A stretch of DNA of 28,638 bases, taken from a virus. Shown here in pieces: positions 7,732 through 16,091 of this stretch (position 1 is the first letter of the stretch; each line of letters starts with the position of its first letter). Under the pieces are notes generated by a model. That model did no database searches. It had not been told where the DNA came from and saw only the letters and a program-made list of their open reading frames with translations. The stretch lies in IMG/VR virus record IMGVR_UViG_2814123225_000005, one strand, 5' to 3'. The position numbers and the translations under genes are program-made.

Positions 7732-10364
7732 GTGACAAACCCCCATTCTAAGCCTTGTCTTTGTTGAGCCCGGCGTAGTTTTCGTCCCATTTCAGCGGGT
7801 GAAGTGCTATCCGTATAGATGTTTATGTTGGCAGTATACCCACCACTAGAAACGCCGCGTGCCTTTTCTCCGGCAGATAGAGGCGTGACTCTCACACTGC
7901 TTCCACTCTTTTCAATGAGTTCCGGACCAGCTTCCCCGACTATGGCAGACCCAGATCCAAATACATTACCGCCTTTTGCAAGCATGGGAATATGGGGAAT
8001 GATCGGTGCGTCTACCCCGGGAATTTTGTTTAATAGCTCAGCCGGCAGGTTAAAGCCATCGATAAACTTGTTGATAATCCAAATAATCCCGTTTAGTACG
8101 GCCTTGATCCCTGTTTTAATGCCTTCCCACACATCCAGTACAATTCCTTTCATCCCTTCAAAAGCGCTGGTTACTTTTTCTGTAATGGCCTTAACTGGCT
8201 CAATAATGACGCTTTTCATGCCGTTCCATACAGCACTTGCTGCCGATTTAATCCCATCCCAAACGCTTTGCAGAACACTTTTGATCCCGTTCCAAACGGA
8301 ACTGCTGACCGTTTTAATGGTGTTCCAAACGGATGAAATAAAGTCCCCTATGCCTTGGAAGACGGGGGTAGCAATGGATACGATACCGTTCCACAGACCC
8401 ACCAGAAAACTTTTAATGCCATTCCAGACGGCAGCACTCACGGTTTTGATGGTATTCCACACGGAACCGATAAAATCGCCGATGGCCTGAAAGATAGGAG
8501 TTGCAACGGAAACGATGCCGTTCCACAGACCTACTAAAAAGCTCTTAATTGCATTCCATACCGTGCTGCTCACCTCTTTAATGGTGTTCCAAACGGAGCC
8601 AATAAAATCGCCTATAGCTTCAAAAACGGGGGTCGCAACATACATAAGAGCGTCCCAGATTGCTTTTAAATACTGGGTAATATATCCCCAAACGGCACTG
8701 GTTACCGTAGAAATAACATCCCAAACCCCTTGGATAATCGATCCAATCGTCTCAAAGATAGGGGTCACAAACTCGACGATCCCGTTCCAAATCCCCACCA
8801 AGAAATCCTTGATGGCATTCCAGACCGCGCTGGTGGTATCGGAGATAGACTGCCAGGCCGCTAAGCAAGTGTCCACAATGCCGTTCCACAGGCCCACGAA
8901 AAAATCTTTGATACTATTCCACACCTCGCTGGTGGTATCCGAGATAGACTGCCAGGCAGCGGAACATGCTGATTTGATGCTTTCCCACGCCTCGGACAGG
9001 TACGATACGATGGAATTCCACAAATTAATAAAAAACTCTTTGATGCTATCCCAATTCATGATGATGGCGATCACGCCAGCGATGGCGGCTATGATAAGGC
9101 CAACAGGGCCCAAAAGCCCTAAAAATGAGCGACTCAGTAGGGCAAGACCTGCTTTCATGACTCCCATCACCTTTGTAGCGGTGCCCAATATGAGGAGTAA
9201 CGGACCAATAGCGGCGGCAACTGCTGCAATGATGCTGATTGTTTTTTGCATTTCTGGAGAAAGCCCTTGAAACCATTTCAACACTTCGGTGACTTTTTTG
9301 ACAATGGCTTCTAGAGCAGGCTTCAACTTATCATAGATGATCAAAGCCACACTCTCAAAAGTAGAGGCCATCTCCTTGACTGAACCTTGTAGGTTTTGAG
9401 TCATCGTATCGGACATCTGTTTGGCTGTTCCATCAGATTGCTCCAGGTTCGTTGTCATGGTTTGAAGTTGGTCAGAGCCTCTACCAAGCAAGATAGCCCA
9501 GTGTTTGTAAGCTTCTGCGCCAAATAGCGTGGAAAGCGTCGCTGATTTTTGCTGATCGGTCATCCCCTGGGTACCCTTTTCGATTTCTGCAATGAGATCC
9601 GGCATGCTTTTCATCTTCCCTTGCGCATCAAAAAACGAAATCCCTGTAGCCTTCATGACTTTTTCCATTTCAGCGGTCGGCTTCGCCAGTCGTGTTAAGG
9701 AGGAGGCAAAAGCCTGCCCGGCAATAGACCCTTTGAGTCCTGCGTCTGCCAAAAACATCATCGCTGCCGAAGACTCCTCTAACGACCAGCCGAATTGGTT
9801 AGCGACAGGCGCAAGGTATTTCATCCCTTCCCCGAGCATTTCTACTGTTGTATTGGAATTTGACGAGGCATACGCAAACACGTCTGCCGCGTGCGTGGCC
9901 CGATCCGCGGACATGCCAAAGGCTTGCATGGTATCTGAGGTGATATCTGCTGCTGTTCCTAACTCCAATGCACCAGCAGCCGCTAAATCTAACATCCCGG
10001 GCATGGCCGATATGATATCTTGTGCATTCCAACCGGCTAATCCTAAGTATTTCATGCCTTCTGCGGCTTCTGAGGCACTAAAAACAGTCGTAGCCCCTAA
10101 TTCCTTTGCCGTTTCTTGCAGATCATCAAAGTCTTTTCCCGTCGCTCCTGTGATGGCTTTTACGGTGGACATGGCCGCCTCAAAATCCATGCCCATTTTG
10201 ATCGAGGCGGTCGCAAGACCTACGACCGGAACCGTTAAACCGGCAGTTAGTGCCTTTCCAACACCCGTAAACTTTTTTCCTATCGTCTCCGTATCTTTGG
10301 TCAGCTTTTTCATTTCCTTATCAAAGCTTCGGATGTCCGCCCCGATTTTCACAATTAACGCCAT
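7728..10364 (-). CDS. Tail tape measure protein (TP901-like core)
   Basis: 878 aa, Ala-rich; FSASEAAEGMKYLGLAGW core; Trp-periodic repeats; IVGEAGPE C-terminal motif. Confidence 0.95.
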   Translation of the reverse strand: MALIVKIGADIRSFDKEMKKLTKDTETIGKKFTGVGKALTAGLTVPVVGLATASIKMGMDFEAAMSTVKAITGATGKDFDDLQETAKELGATTVFSASEAAEGMKYLGLAGWNAQDIISAMPGMLDLAAAGALELGTAADITSDTMQAFGMSADRATHAADVFAYASSNSNTTVEMLGEGMKYLAPVANQFGWSLEESSAAMMFLADAGLKGSIAGQAFASSLTRLAKPTAEMEKVMKATGISFFDAQGKMKSMPDLIAEIEKGTQGMTDQQKSATLSTLFGAEAYKHWAILLGRGSDQLQTMTTNLEQSDGTAKQMSDTMTQNLQGSVKEMASTFESVALIIYDKLKPALEAIVKKVTEVLKWFQGLSPEMQKTISIIAAVAAAIGPLLLILGTATKVMGVMKAGLALLSRSFLGLLGPVGLIIAAIAGVIAIIMNWDSIKEFFINLWNSIVSYLSEAWESIKSACSAAWQSISDTTSEVWNSIKDFFVGLWNGIVDTCLAAWQSISDTTSAVWNAIKDFLVGIWNGIVEFVTPIFETIGSIIQGVWDVISTVTSAVWGYITQYLKAIWDALMYVATPVFEAIGDFIGSVWNTIKEVSSTVWNAIKSFLVGLWNGIVSVATPIFQAIGDFIGSVWNTIKTVSAAVWNGIKSFLVGLWNGIVSIATPVFQGIGDFISSVWNTIKTVSSSVWNGIKSVLQSVWDGIKSAASAVWNGMKSVIIEPVKAITEKVTSAFEGMKGIVLDVWEGIKTGIKAVLNGIIWIINKFIDGFNLPAELLNKIPGVDAPIIPHIPMLAKGGNVFGSGSAIVGEAGPELIEKSGSSVRVTPLSAGEKARGVSSGGYTANINIYTDSTSPAEMGRKLRRAQQRQGLEWGFVT

Positions 10365-10393
10365 TTCATTTCTTCACCCCACTTTCTGGGCAT

Positions 10394-10426
10394 AAAAAAT
10401 AGGCGTACATAACTCCTGCACGCCTA
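10394..10426 (-). terminator. Possible weak terminator between tail chaperone and TMP
   Basis: TAGGCGT...ACGCCTA followed by T6 on the minus strand. Confidence 0.45.
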
Positions 10427-10717
10427 CCCGAATAATGCTTTTCGCTCTTCTATTTTTTCTTCTATGCTCATGTTTCGTTTATCCTCAAACAGTGGAATTT
10501 CACTTGTTCCTTTTTTCCTCTTTACATTCACTTCCGCATTCACAATGACGTTTCTTAACAATTGAGCATCTTCCTTCATCTTTTCGAAATGTCTGTCTAG
10601 TAAAAGATGGAGATCCCAGGGTGTTAACTCAAGAAAATCACTCATGGACAGACGCAGATCAATCAAAGCAGCCTGCATACACTGCTCTAAATATTCATCG
10701 ATCGTTATTTCTTTTTC
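10424..10717 (-). CDS. Tail assembly chaperone, second (gpT-like) frame, probably reached by frameshift
   Basis: Open frame EKEITIDEYLEQCMQAALIDLRLSMSDFLELTPWDL..., no clear RBS before the ATG at 10678; lies just before TMP. Confidence 0.75.
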   Translation of the reverse strand, partial: EKEITIDEYLEQCMQAALIDLRLSMSDFLELTPWDLHLLLDRHFEKMKEDAQLLRNVIVNAEVNVKRKKGTSEIPLFEDKRNMSIEEKIEERKALFG

Positions 10718-11045
10718 TTTTTTTTTTTGCTATCTGTTCTTCTGCCTGGCGAGACTTAATTTGAACGGAATCTTGAAGGATCTCCATGAAATCTTCCATG
10801 TAGATTTCCGATAAAATATCATCCAAAATGTCCATCGCTTGTTCAAAGGTATATTCTTGCCCTTTTACCCCATTTAGCCCAAACCAGAAGATTTTCGCGA
10901 GCTTCCCAGGGTCTTTTTTAATTTCCGCAGACCCTTTTTCGGTCATCATATCGATACCATCATCACGCATTTTTAACAAGGTGGAATAGGTGATCCGGAT
11001 TTTGTATACCGCGTCTTCCAAATGAAATTCGGTTACTTTTTTCAT
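10695..11045 (-). CDS. Tail assembly chaperone (gpG-like)
   Basis: Between major tail and TMP; ends in a slippery A11 run. Confidence 0.8.
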   Translation of the reverse strand: MKKVTEFHLEDAVYKIRITYSTLLKMRDDGIDMMTEKGSAEIKKDPGKLAKIFWFGLNGVKGQEYTFEQAMDILDDILSEIYMEDFMEILQDSVQIKSRQAEEQIAKKKRKRNNDR

Positions 11046-11488
11046 TCTTTCGTTTCTCCTTTTCCGGGAATGGTTTCGATCATTTGCAAGGCTCCACTGC
11101 CTTGGAAGCTTAACGAGTAGGTCACTAAATCGTCATACGGCATTTCAAGTGACGCATCGGTAATGGTCGCCTCTCCGGCATACCTGCGCCCACTCGGGAG
11201 TTCAATGTAGATTTTTACGTTTTCACTATTTAACCAAGCATCTTCAAGCTCTTTATACGCTTGGTCACTTTCGACAAACACGCCGTCCGCATCAATCGAC
11301 CATTCTTTGAACCCTTGTAGGGATTCTTTCCAGTAGCCTTCCGTGTCCTTACTCGTCGCATCTATCGTCTCAGCGCTTCGGCTGATGGTTGCACTTCGTT
11401 GGCCAGCAAGAATTTTTCCTTTCTCCTTGGCGCTTCCAACGAATAATTTGCACTTCATGCCTGCTAATTTAGTCGCCATGCTATTCAC
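11042..11488 (-). CDS. Major tail tube protein (TP901-1 family)
   Basis: AGQRSATISRSAETIDATSKD, GFKEWSIDADG, YSLSFQGSG. Confidence 0.9.
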   Translation of the reverse strand: MNSMATKLAGMKCKLFVGSAKEKGKILAGQRSATISRSAETIDATSKDTEGYWKESLQGFKEWSIDADGVFVESDQAYKELEDAWLNSENVKIYIELPSGRRYAGEATITDASLEMPYDDLVTYSLSFQGSGALQMIETIPGKGETKE

Positions 11489-11876
11489 TCCAATCCAGTT
11501 TTATTTTGTATTCGATGGTCGCCTGATACAGGGATTCCGCGATCTCCTGAACCTCCCGGCTCACCACGGATTGATCCATCAAAAAAGCACCTTCAACCTC
11601 TAATTCTGGGGTTAAAGATGCTTCTATTTGTTTCAGGATATGGATGGACTCTTTCTTTCCCTTTGCTTCAGAGAATACGTCAAGGGTAAGCGTAACAATC
11701 TCACCTGTGCTTGTTTTGGTTTCGAAAGGTTCCGAATACACACGAGAAAACGTCACATAGGGCAGCAACGTTTTTTCTGGCACATAGTCATATACCCCTT
11801 TAATCATCGGCATAAGAGCCGTATCCGACGTTAAACGCCTGTATACAGCCTCCTGTACTTCATATAGTTTCGTCAC
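11481..11876 (-). CDS. Tail terminator (DUF3168-like); likely GTG start at 11876
   Basis: QEAVYRRL, GVYDYVP...PYVTF; synteny. Confidence 0.8.
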   Translation of the reverse strand: MTKLYEVQEAVYRRLTSDTALMPMIKGVYDYVPEKTLLPYVTFSRVYSEPFETKTSTGEIVTLTLDVFSEAKGKKESIHILKQIEASLTPELEVEGAFLMDQSVVSREVQEIAESLYQATIEYKIKLDWSE

Positions 11877-12288
11877 GGCTAAATATCCTCTCCAATTCCT
11901 TGTTATACCTGCCTTCGGCATGCTTTTCCGCTATAGACATAAACGGTTTTTTCGGCATTTTCCCCCGATTTGCGCCCTTTTTATTTTTCCGCTGCCGTGT
12001 GCCATATTCGACCAGGTGCCGATGTGCGCCTTTCGGTTTTCTTGGCACAACGGTGGCAGATAAGCCACCTTCCATATATTTCGGGCGAATGCTTCTTTTC
12101 AAATCGCCGGGTTTGCCTTTGGATTTCTTTCTGCCGGCAGGAGATGAGGGGGCTAAACTTTTTCCCTCTTTTTGGATGCTGGTTGCAGTTTTCTTGACCA
12201 GCACGATGGCAGCCTGCTTTCTTTCCATTTCAAATAGTCCGATCTTCCGTACCGTCTCTGGTACCCCTAACACTTGGATGTTCGCCAT
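11860..12288 (-). CDS. HK97 gp10-family neck/tail-completion protein
   Basis: GDLKRSI, HLVEYGT, MPKKPFM; TAATG overlap with upstream gene. Confidence 0.85.
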   Translation of the reverse strand: MANIQVLGVPETVRKIGLFEMERKQAAIVLVKKTATSIQKEGKSLAPSSPAGRKKSKGKPGDLKRSIRPKYMEGGLSATVVPRKPKGAHRHLVEYGTRQRKNKKGANRGKMPKKPFMSIAEKHAEGRYNKELERIFSRDETI

Positions 12289-12605
12289 TAGATTTTCTCC
12301 ACACAATGAAGGATCAACGTGCGATTCGCTTCATCCACATTGATGATGTGCTGGATATCAAAGAGCCGCCCACTGTAGCTGACGACATGTGAGCGGTCGA
12401 TATCCTTTCTATAGCGGATCATGATAGAGTGTGTGACTTCTGCTTGGGTTTGCTGAGACTGCCAGTATTCGCGTCCTCGCAACGGCCTAATGTTAGCCCA
12501 GATCGTGGCTACATCCGCTAGACCATCGTCATATCCTCCAGCACCATCCGGATTAGGTGAAGGCTTCTTGATTGTGATCCTCTTATTTAGCTTTCCCGGG
12601 TTCAT
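12288..12605 (-). CDS. Head closure protein (SPP1 gp16-like)
   Basis: MNPGKLNKRITI, WANIRPLRGREY, IRYRKDI. Confidence 0.9.
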   Translation of the reverse strand: MNPGKLNKRITIKKPSPNPDGAGGYDDGLADVATIWANIRPLRGREYWQSQQTQAEVTHSIMIRYRKDIDRSHVVSYSGRLFDIQHIINVDEANRTLILHCVEKI

Positions 12606-12865
12606 GTTGCAGACACTTCCCTCAATTGCAAAATCATCGTTTGCAGCGATTGTTTGAGTTTATGCAGCGTCCTATCATCCATTTCATAATGGATGGCGAC
12701 CCATACCATCACGGCAAGCTTGTACAAAGCATGATTGGATTCTGTGACTCCAGCATTGGCAAGATATTCTTTGGCGGATTCCAGAAGAATGGCGAGTGTC
12801 TGATCTCCCGCATCGTCATCCACCCGCAGGTATTCCTTGACTTCTTCCAAAGAAATGTTAGCCAT
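12602..12865 (-). CDS. Head-tail connector (HK97 gp6/SPP1 gp15-like)
   Basis: LEEVKEYLRVDDD motif. Confidence 0.9.
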   Translation of the reverse strand: MANISLEEVKEYLRVDDDAGDQTLAILLESAKEYLANAGVTESNHALYKLAVMVWVAIHYEMDDRTLHKLKQSLQTMILQLREVSAT

Positions 12866-13013
12866 TCACATCATCCGCCTTACTTCGCTTAGACTTGGGT
12901 GTTCCAGCAGGTTTAGCTTCTTCTGATTCCTTCTTCGGTTGTTCGGGTTGTTCGGGTTGTTCAGGCTTTTCGGGTTTCTCTGGTTGCTCCGGTTCCCCCG
13001 GAGAGGGATTAGG
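12858..13013 (-). CDS. +1 frameshift extension of the major capsid protein (Pro/Glu/Lys-rich)
   Basis: ACT CCC TAA at capsid end; +1 frame stays open for 51 codons: PNPSPGEPEQPEKPEKPEQPEQPEQPKKESEEAKPAGTPKSKRSKADDVNG*. Confidence 0.7.
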   Translation of the reverse strand, partial: PNPSPGEPEQPEKPEKPEQPEQPEQPKKESEEAKPAGTPKSKRSKADDVNG

Positions 13014-14139
13014 GAGTTTGTACTTTGGCAATCCGGAATGCAGATTTCAATTTGATTTGGTGATCAAACCAAGCTGTGACCACAAACTGTTCAATGCCTG
13101 TTTTTACGTCTTTTTCTCGATCATATAGCGCATTTAAGTCATAGTTAAAATGCGAATAGGCAAAATCGCCAATGACCGGACTCTCCGCAGAGTCGCAAAA
13201 TACAACCGGCTTGCCTAATACTTGTTCCGGCTGTGCCGTATACAGCGTTGCACTGCCATTGGCTAAGATTTTGATAATGTTCTTGTAATCTTGGTAACGC
13301 ATGACGATTGTAGCATTTTCCCTGTAATCCTCATGAAGATCCGCAATCGCATCGGTAATCGCATCAAACATATTTTCTGCCACAATTTCTTTAATTCCTG
13401 ATTTATAAAAAGACATATGCTCTTCCCCTGTTTTGGGCTTGGTTGCAAACGCCACTTTCTTTTCTTTGGCTGCTACGCCAGACTGCAAAGCCGTTTCGAC
13501 ATAAGATACTAAATTTGCATCGGAACCATTGATGACCGTCTCGGACACGCCCGCAAGCACCTTGAATTTATTTCGTCCGAAGGTAACGGTATCTCCATCT
13601 GCCTTCATCTCTTTAGCCGTTTCGGTGTCGGCAATAAAGTCATCGTCATCCAGTGTGAAATGGAGTTTGGGGATTTCCAAGTTTGTAATCTGTGTAACCG
13701 ATGAAAGTTGACGCAATGGGTTTTTTACAGTCGGTTCAACCAAAATGTCCGTCGATACGGTTTTAGGTAAGAATTTGTTACCGCCTGTCGTATCGTTATC
13801 CCCTAATGCCTGAAACACGTCTTGCGTAACAGCTTGTTTCTGCATGGTGGCACGGATGAGTTCAGCCTTTGCTTGGATTTTCTTCTGCACAGGATCTGCG
13901 GTGTTTTGGATTCCTTTGTCCGCTTTTAGTTTTGCCGCCTGTTCAGCTTCAAGCGCATCATGCTGCTGTTTCACGACATCAAAGCGCATTTTCAGATCCT
14001 CTTTGGATTTTTGCAGGGCTTGAATAGCTTCCATCGTAGTGCTAGGATCGATAGCTTTGGCCGCTAGATCACTTTCTGTTTTTTGAAGTTGCTGACCAAT
14101 GGTGGCTAGATTTTGTTTCAACTCATAGAGTGTTTTCAT
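13009..14139 (-). CDS. Major capsid protein (HK97 fold with coiled-coil delta/scaffold N-terminus)
   Basis: N-terminal coiled coil, GGNKFLPKT, VLGKPVVF, IGDFAY. Confidence 0.95.
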   Translation of the reverse strand: MKTLYELKQNLATIGQQLQKTESDLAAKAIDPSTTMEAIQALQKSKEDLKMRFDVVKQQHDALEAEQAAKLKADKGIQNTADPVQKKIQAKAELIRATMQKQAVTQDVFQALGDNDTTGGNKFLPKTVSTDILVEPTVKNPLRQLSSVTQITNLEIPKLHFTLDDDDFIADTETAKEMKADGDTVTFGRNKFKVLAGVSETVINGSDANLVSYVETALQSGVAAKEKKVAFATKPKTGEEHMSFYKSGIKEIVAENMFDAITDAIADLHEDYRENATIVMRYQDYKNIIKILANGSATLYTAQPEQVLGKPVVFCDSAESPVIGDFAYSHFNYDLNALYDREKDVKTGIEQFVVTAWFDHQIKLKSAFRIAKVQTP

Positions 14140-14891
14140 TCAAAAATTCCTCCTAAAATGGTTTGGATATAGGCTGCATGTGCCTTTGATTCATCGGCAA
14201 TTTGTTGTCTTTTTGCCATATCACCCGCTGAAATAGGGGTTTGTTGCTGTGAAATCAGTTGTTTTGGAACATTTTTGTATCTATTCATACATGCATCGCT
14301 TATAGATGCAGCCATCGTATTAGCTTCCTGAACAACATCGCATAAGCCGTATTCAAAAGCTTCATCTGCGGATAGCCACGTTTCTGCATCTAACATTTCC
14401 TGCAACTTTTCATCGGATAATTTATCCCCTGCTTTTTGCAAATACACTTGTTTGCTGGAGTTGCCGATACGGTCCAGATCATCGGCTATTTTTCTCATTT
14501 CCGAGGCGTTTCCCCAGGCATATGTCCATGGGTTGTGAATCATGAGCATGCTATTTTTAGGCATATAAATCGTGTCACCTGCCATGGCAATGACACTTGC
14601 AATCGATGCCGCTAACGCATCTACATAAACATTTACTTTTGCTTTATGCCGTTTCAGCATATTATGAATGGCAATTCCCTCAAAAACAGATCCGCCTGGA
14701 CTATTGATGTAAAGATTCAGGTTTGATACGTCACCCAAGCGATCTAAGTCCTCTTTAAAAGAGGTTGCACTTGTGTCGACTTCGTCCCATTGATACGTAA
14801 CGATATCCCCATAAATAAAAATGTCCGCTGAACTGGAACCGTCAGCCGACATCTTCATCTCCCAAAACGTGTTCTTTTTTGGTTTCCCCAC
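14136..14891 (-). CDS. ClpP-type head maturation protease
   Basis: INSPGGSVFEG, ALAASIASVIAMAGD, MIHNPW, ETWLSADEA. Confidence 0.95.
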   Translation of the reverse strand: MGKPKKNTFWEMKMSADGSSSADIFIYGDIVTYQWDEVDTSATSFKEDLDRLGDVSNLNLYINSPGGSVFEGIAIHNMLKRHKAKVNVYVDALAASIASVIAMAGDTIYMPKNSMLMIHNPWTYAWGNASEMRKIADDLDRIGNSSKQVYLQKAGDKLSDEKLQEMLDAETWLSADEAFEYGLCDVVQEANTMAASISDACMNRYKNVPKQLISQQQTPISAGDMAKRQQIADESKAHAAYIQTILGGIFE

Positions 14892-16077
14892 GCTCTTTCA
14901 CCCCCTTTCGCTCTGCCGGGTCCATGTTTAAAGGGTACATGTCACCGGAGATCCAAAGCTCAGCTGCCTTTCCGCCTTCTGGCGGTAAATCCTCATACAT
15001 CCTGACTTCATCCGGCTTCATTCCAGCGCTTCGGAGCATCATTTGATAAAACTGCGTCCTTGCCGCTGTATCTCCGCGTAATAGTGCGCCAAGATTAAAT
15101 TTAAAGTAATATCCGGCTTGTCTTTCTTCTGACGTGAGCAGTTTTCGATTCATTTCCTGCTCATATTGACGTACGGTAGGCGTTAACGTCATTTGGACAA
15201 ACTGGATCATCATTTGCTCTGCATGGCTTCCCTGTCCTTCCTCATTGAGAAAATTCACAGGCAAATTAAACACATTCGCTACTCTGGAACGTGTGATTTT
15301 TTCAGAAGCCAGTGTGTCCGAAGCGACATACTTACGCTCCATATTCGTCACCGTTACTCCTGGCTCTTGGAACAAGATTCCACCATTTTCTTTGTAAAAT
15401 CGCTTGAAATCATCTACAATTCGCTGTCTTTTTTCAGTGTCTACACTTGCCCCATATTCCAAAATAAAACTGTCTTTCTTCTGCATTTCAGACAAACTAA
15501 ATTCTTGAACTGCTTTGTCATATTCCAGGGTATTTTTCAGCACCTCGATGGGACTAATCCCTTTCCAGCGAGCCGCGCCCGTGATGTGCTTCACATGAAA
15601 CATGTTCATGTTGTGCAGGTAATACGTTCCGTCTATTCCCCGTACTTCATACCATAAATGGCCGTCATCTTGATTGAGAATAGGGGTCACATAAACCGGG
15701 TCAATCGGAATTAAGGCCTCAGGCTGTAGCCTGATGTCCCTCATAATCACGGCATAGCCGTTTCCTGTTTCATTGCGGGAGACTTCCATTTTATTCAGCC
15801 ATTCAAACCCGGACATATTAGAATTTGGGTGATGAATCAGCATATCCGCTGTCTCATTCATTTGAATGTCGTAGTCTTTGTATAGTTTCAGTGGCAGGCA
15901 AGATAGGGCATTTGCAAGGCGGCTCACCACACTAAATATGGTTTCATTGGTCGCCAGTTTCGTGTTATCGATTCCCCAGAACCTTCGCCCAAACCACGTG
16001 GAGAAATCACCGGAGCCGCCTTTCCAGCCTGATATAGCCCCTCTCACGGCAGATTTCATTTTTCCAAACCATTTCAC
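14842..16077 (-). CDS. Portal protein (HK97 family); likely GTG start at 16077
   Basis: LPLKLY, GNGYAVI, KGISPI, LLRGD, PDEVR; GGAGGTGG RBS. Confidence 0.95.
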   Translation of the reverse strand: MKWFGKMKSAVRGAISGWKGGSGDFSTWFGRRFWGIDNTKLATNETIFSVVSRLANALSCLPLKLYKDYDIQMNETADMLIHHPNSNMSGFEWLNKMEVSRNETGNGYAVIMRDIRLQPEALIPIDPVYVTPILNQDDGHLWYEVRGIDGTYYLHNMNMFHVKHITGAARWKGISPIEVLKNTLEYDKAVQEFSLSEMQKKDSFILEYGASVDTEKRQRIVDDFKRFYKENGGILFQEPGVTVTNMERKYVASDTLASEKITRSRVANVFNLPVNFLNEEGQGSHAEQMMIQFVQMTLTPTVRQYEQEMNRKLLTSEERQAGYYFKFNLGALLRGDTAARTQFYQMMLRSAGMKPDEVRMYEDLPPEGGKAAELWISGDMYPLNMDPAERKGVKERGETKKEHVLGDEDVG

Positions 16078-16091
16078 ATTTCCACCTCCTC

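Noticed and set aside
7819-10395. Long plus-strand ORFs (223, 251, 267 aa) opposite the tape measure gene
   Set aside because: Antisense shadows of a repetitive Ala-rich gene; no evident RBS or motifs.
11042-11080. Frameshift extension of the major tail protein
   Set aside because: No CCC-stop; the gene ends with an ATGA overlap into the chaperone, leaving no room.
12895-13128. Plus-strand ORF with GCSGCSGFSG repeats
   Set aside because: Reverse complement of the PEQ/PEK capsid extension.
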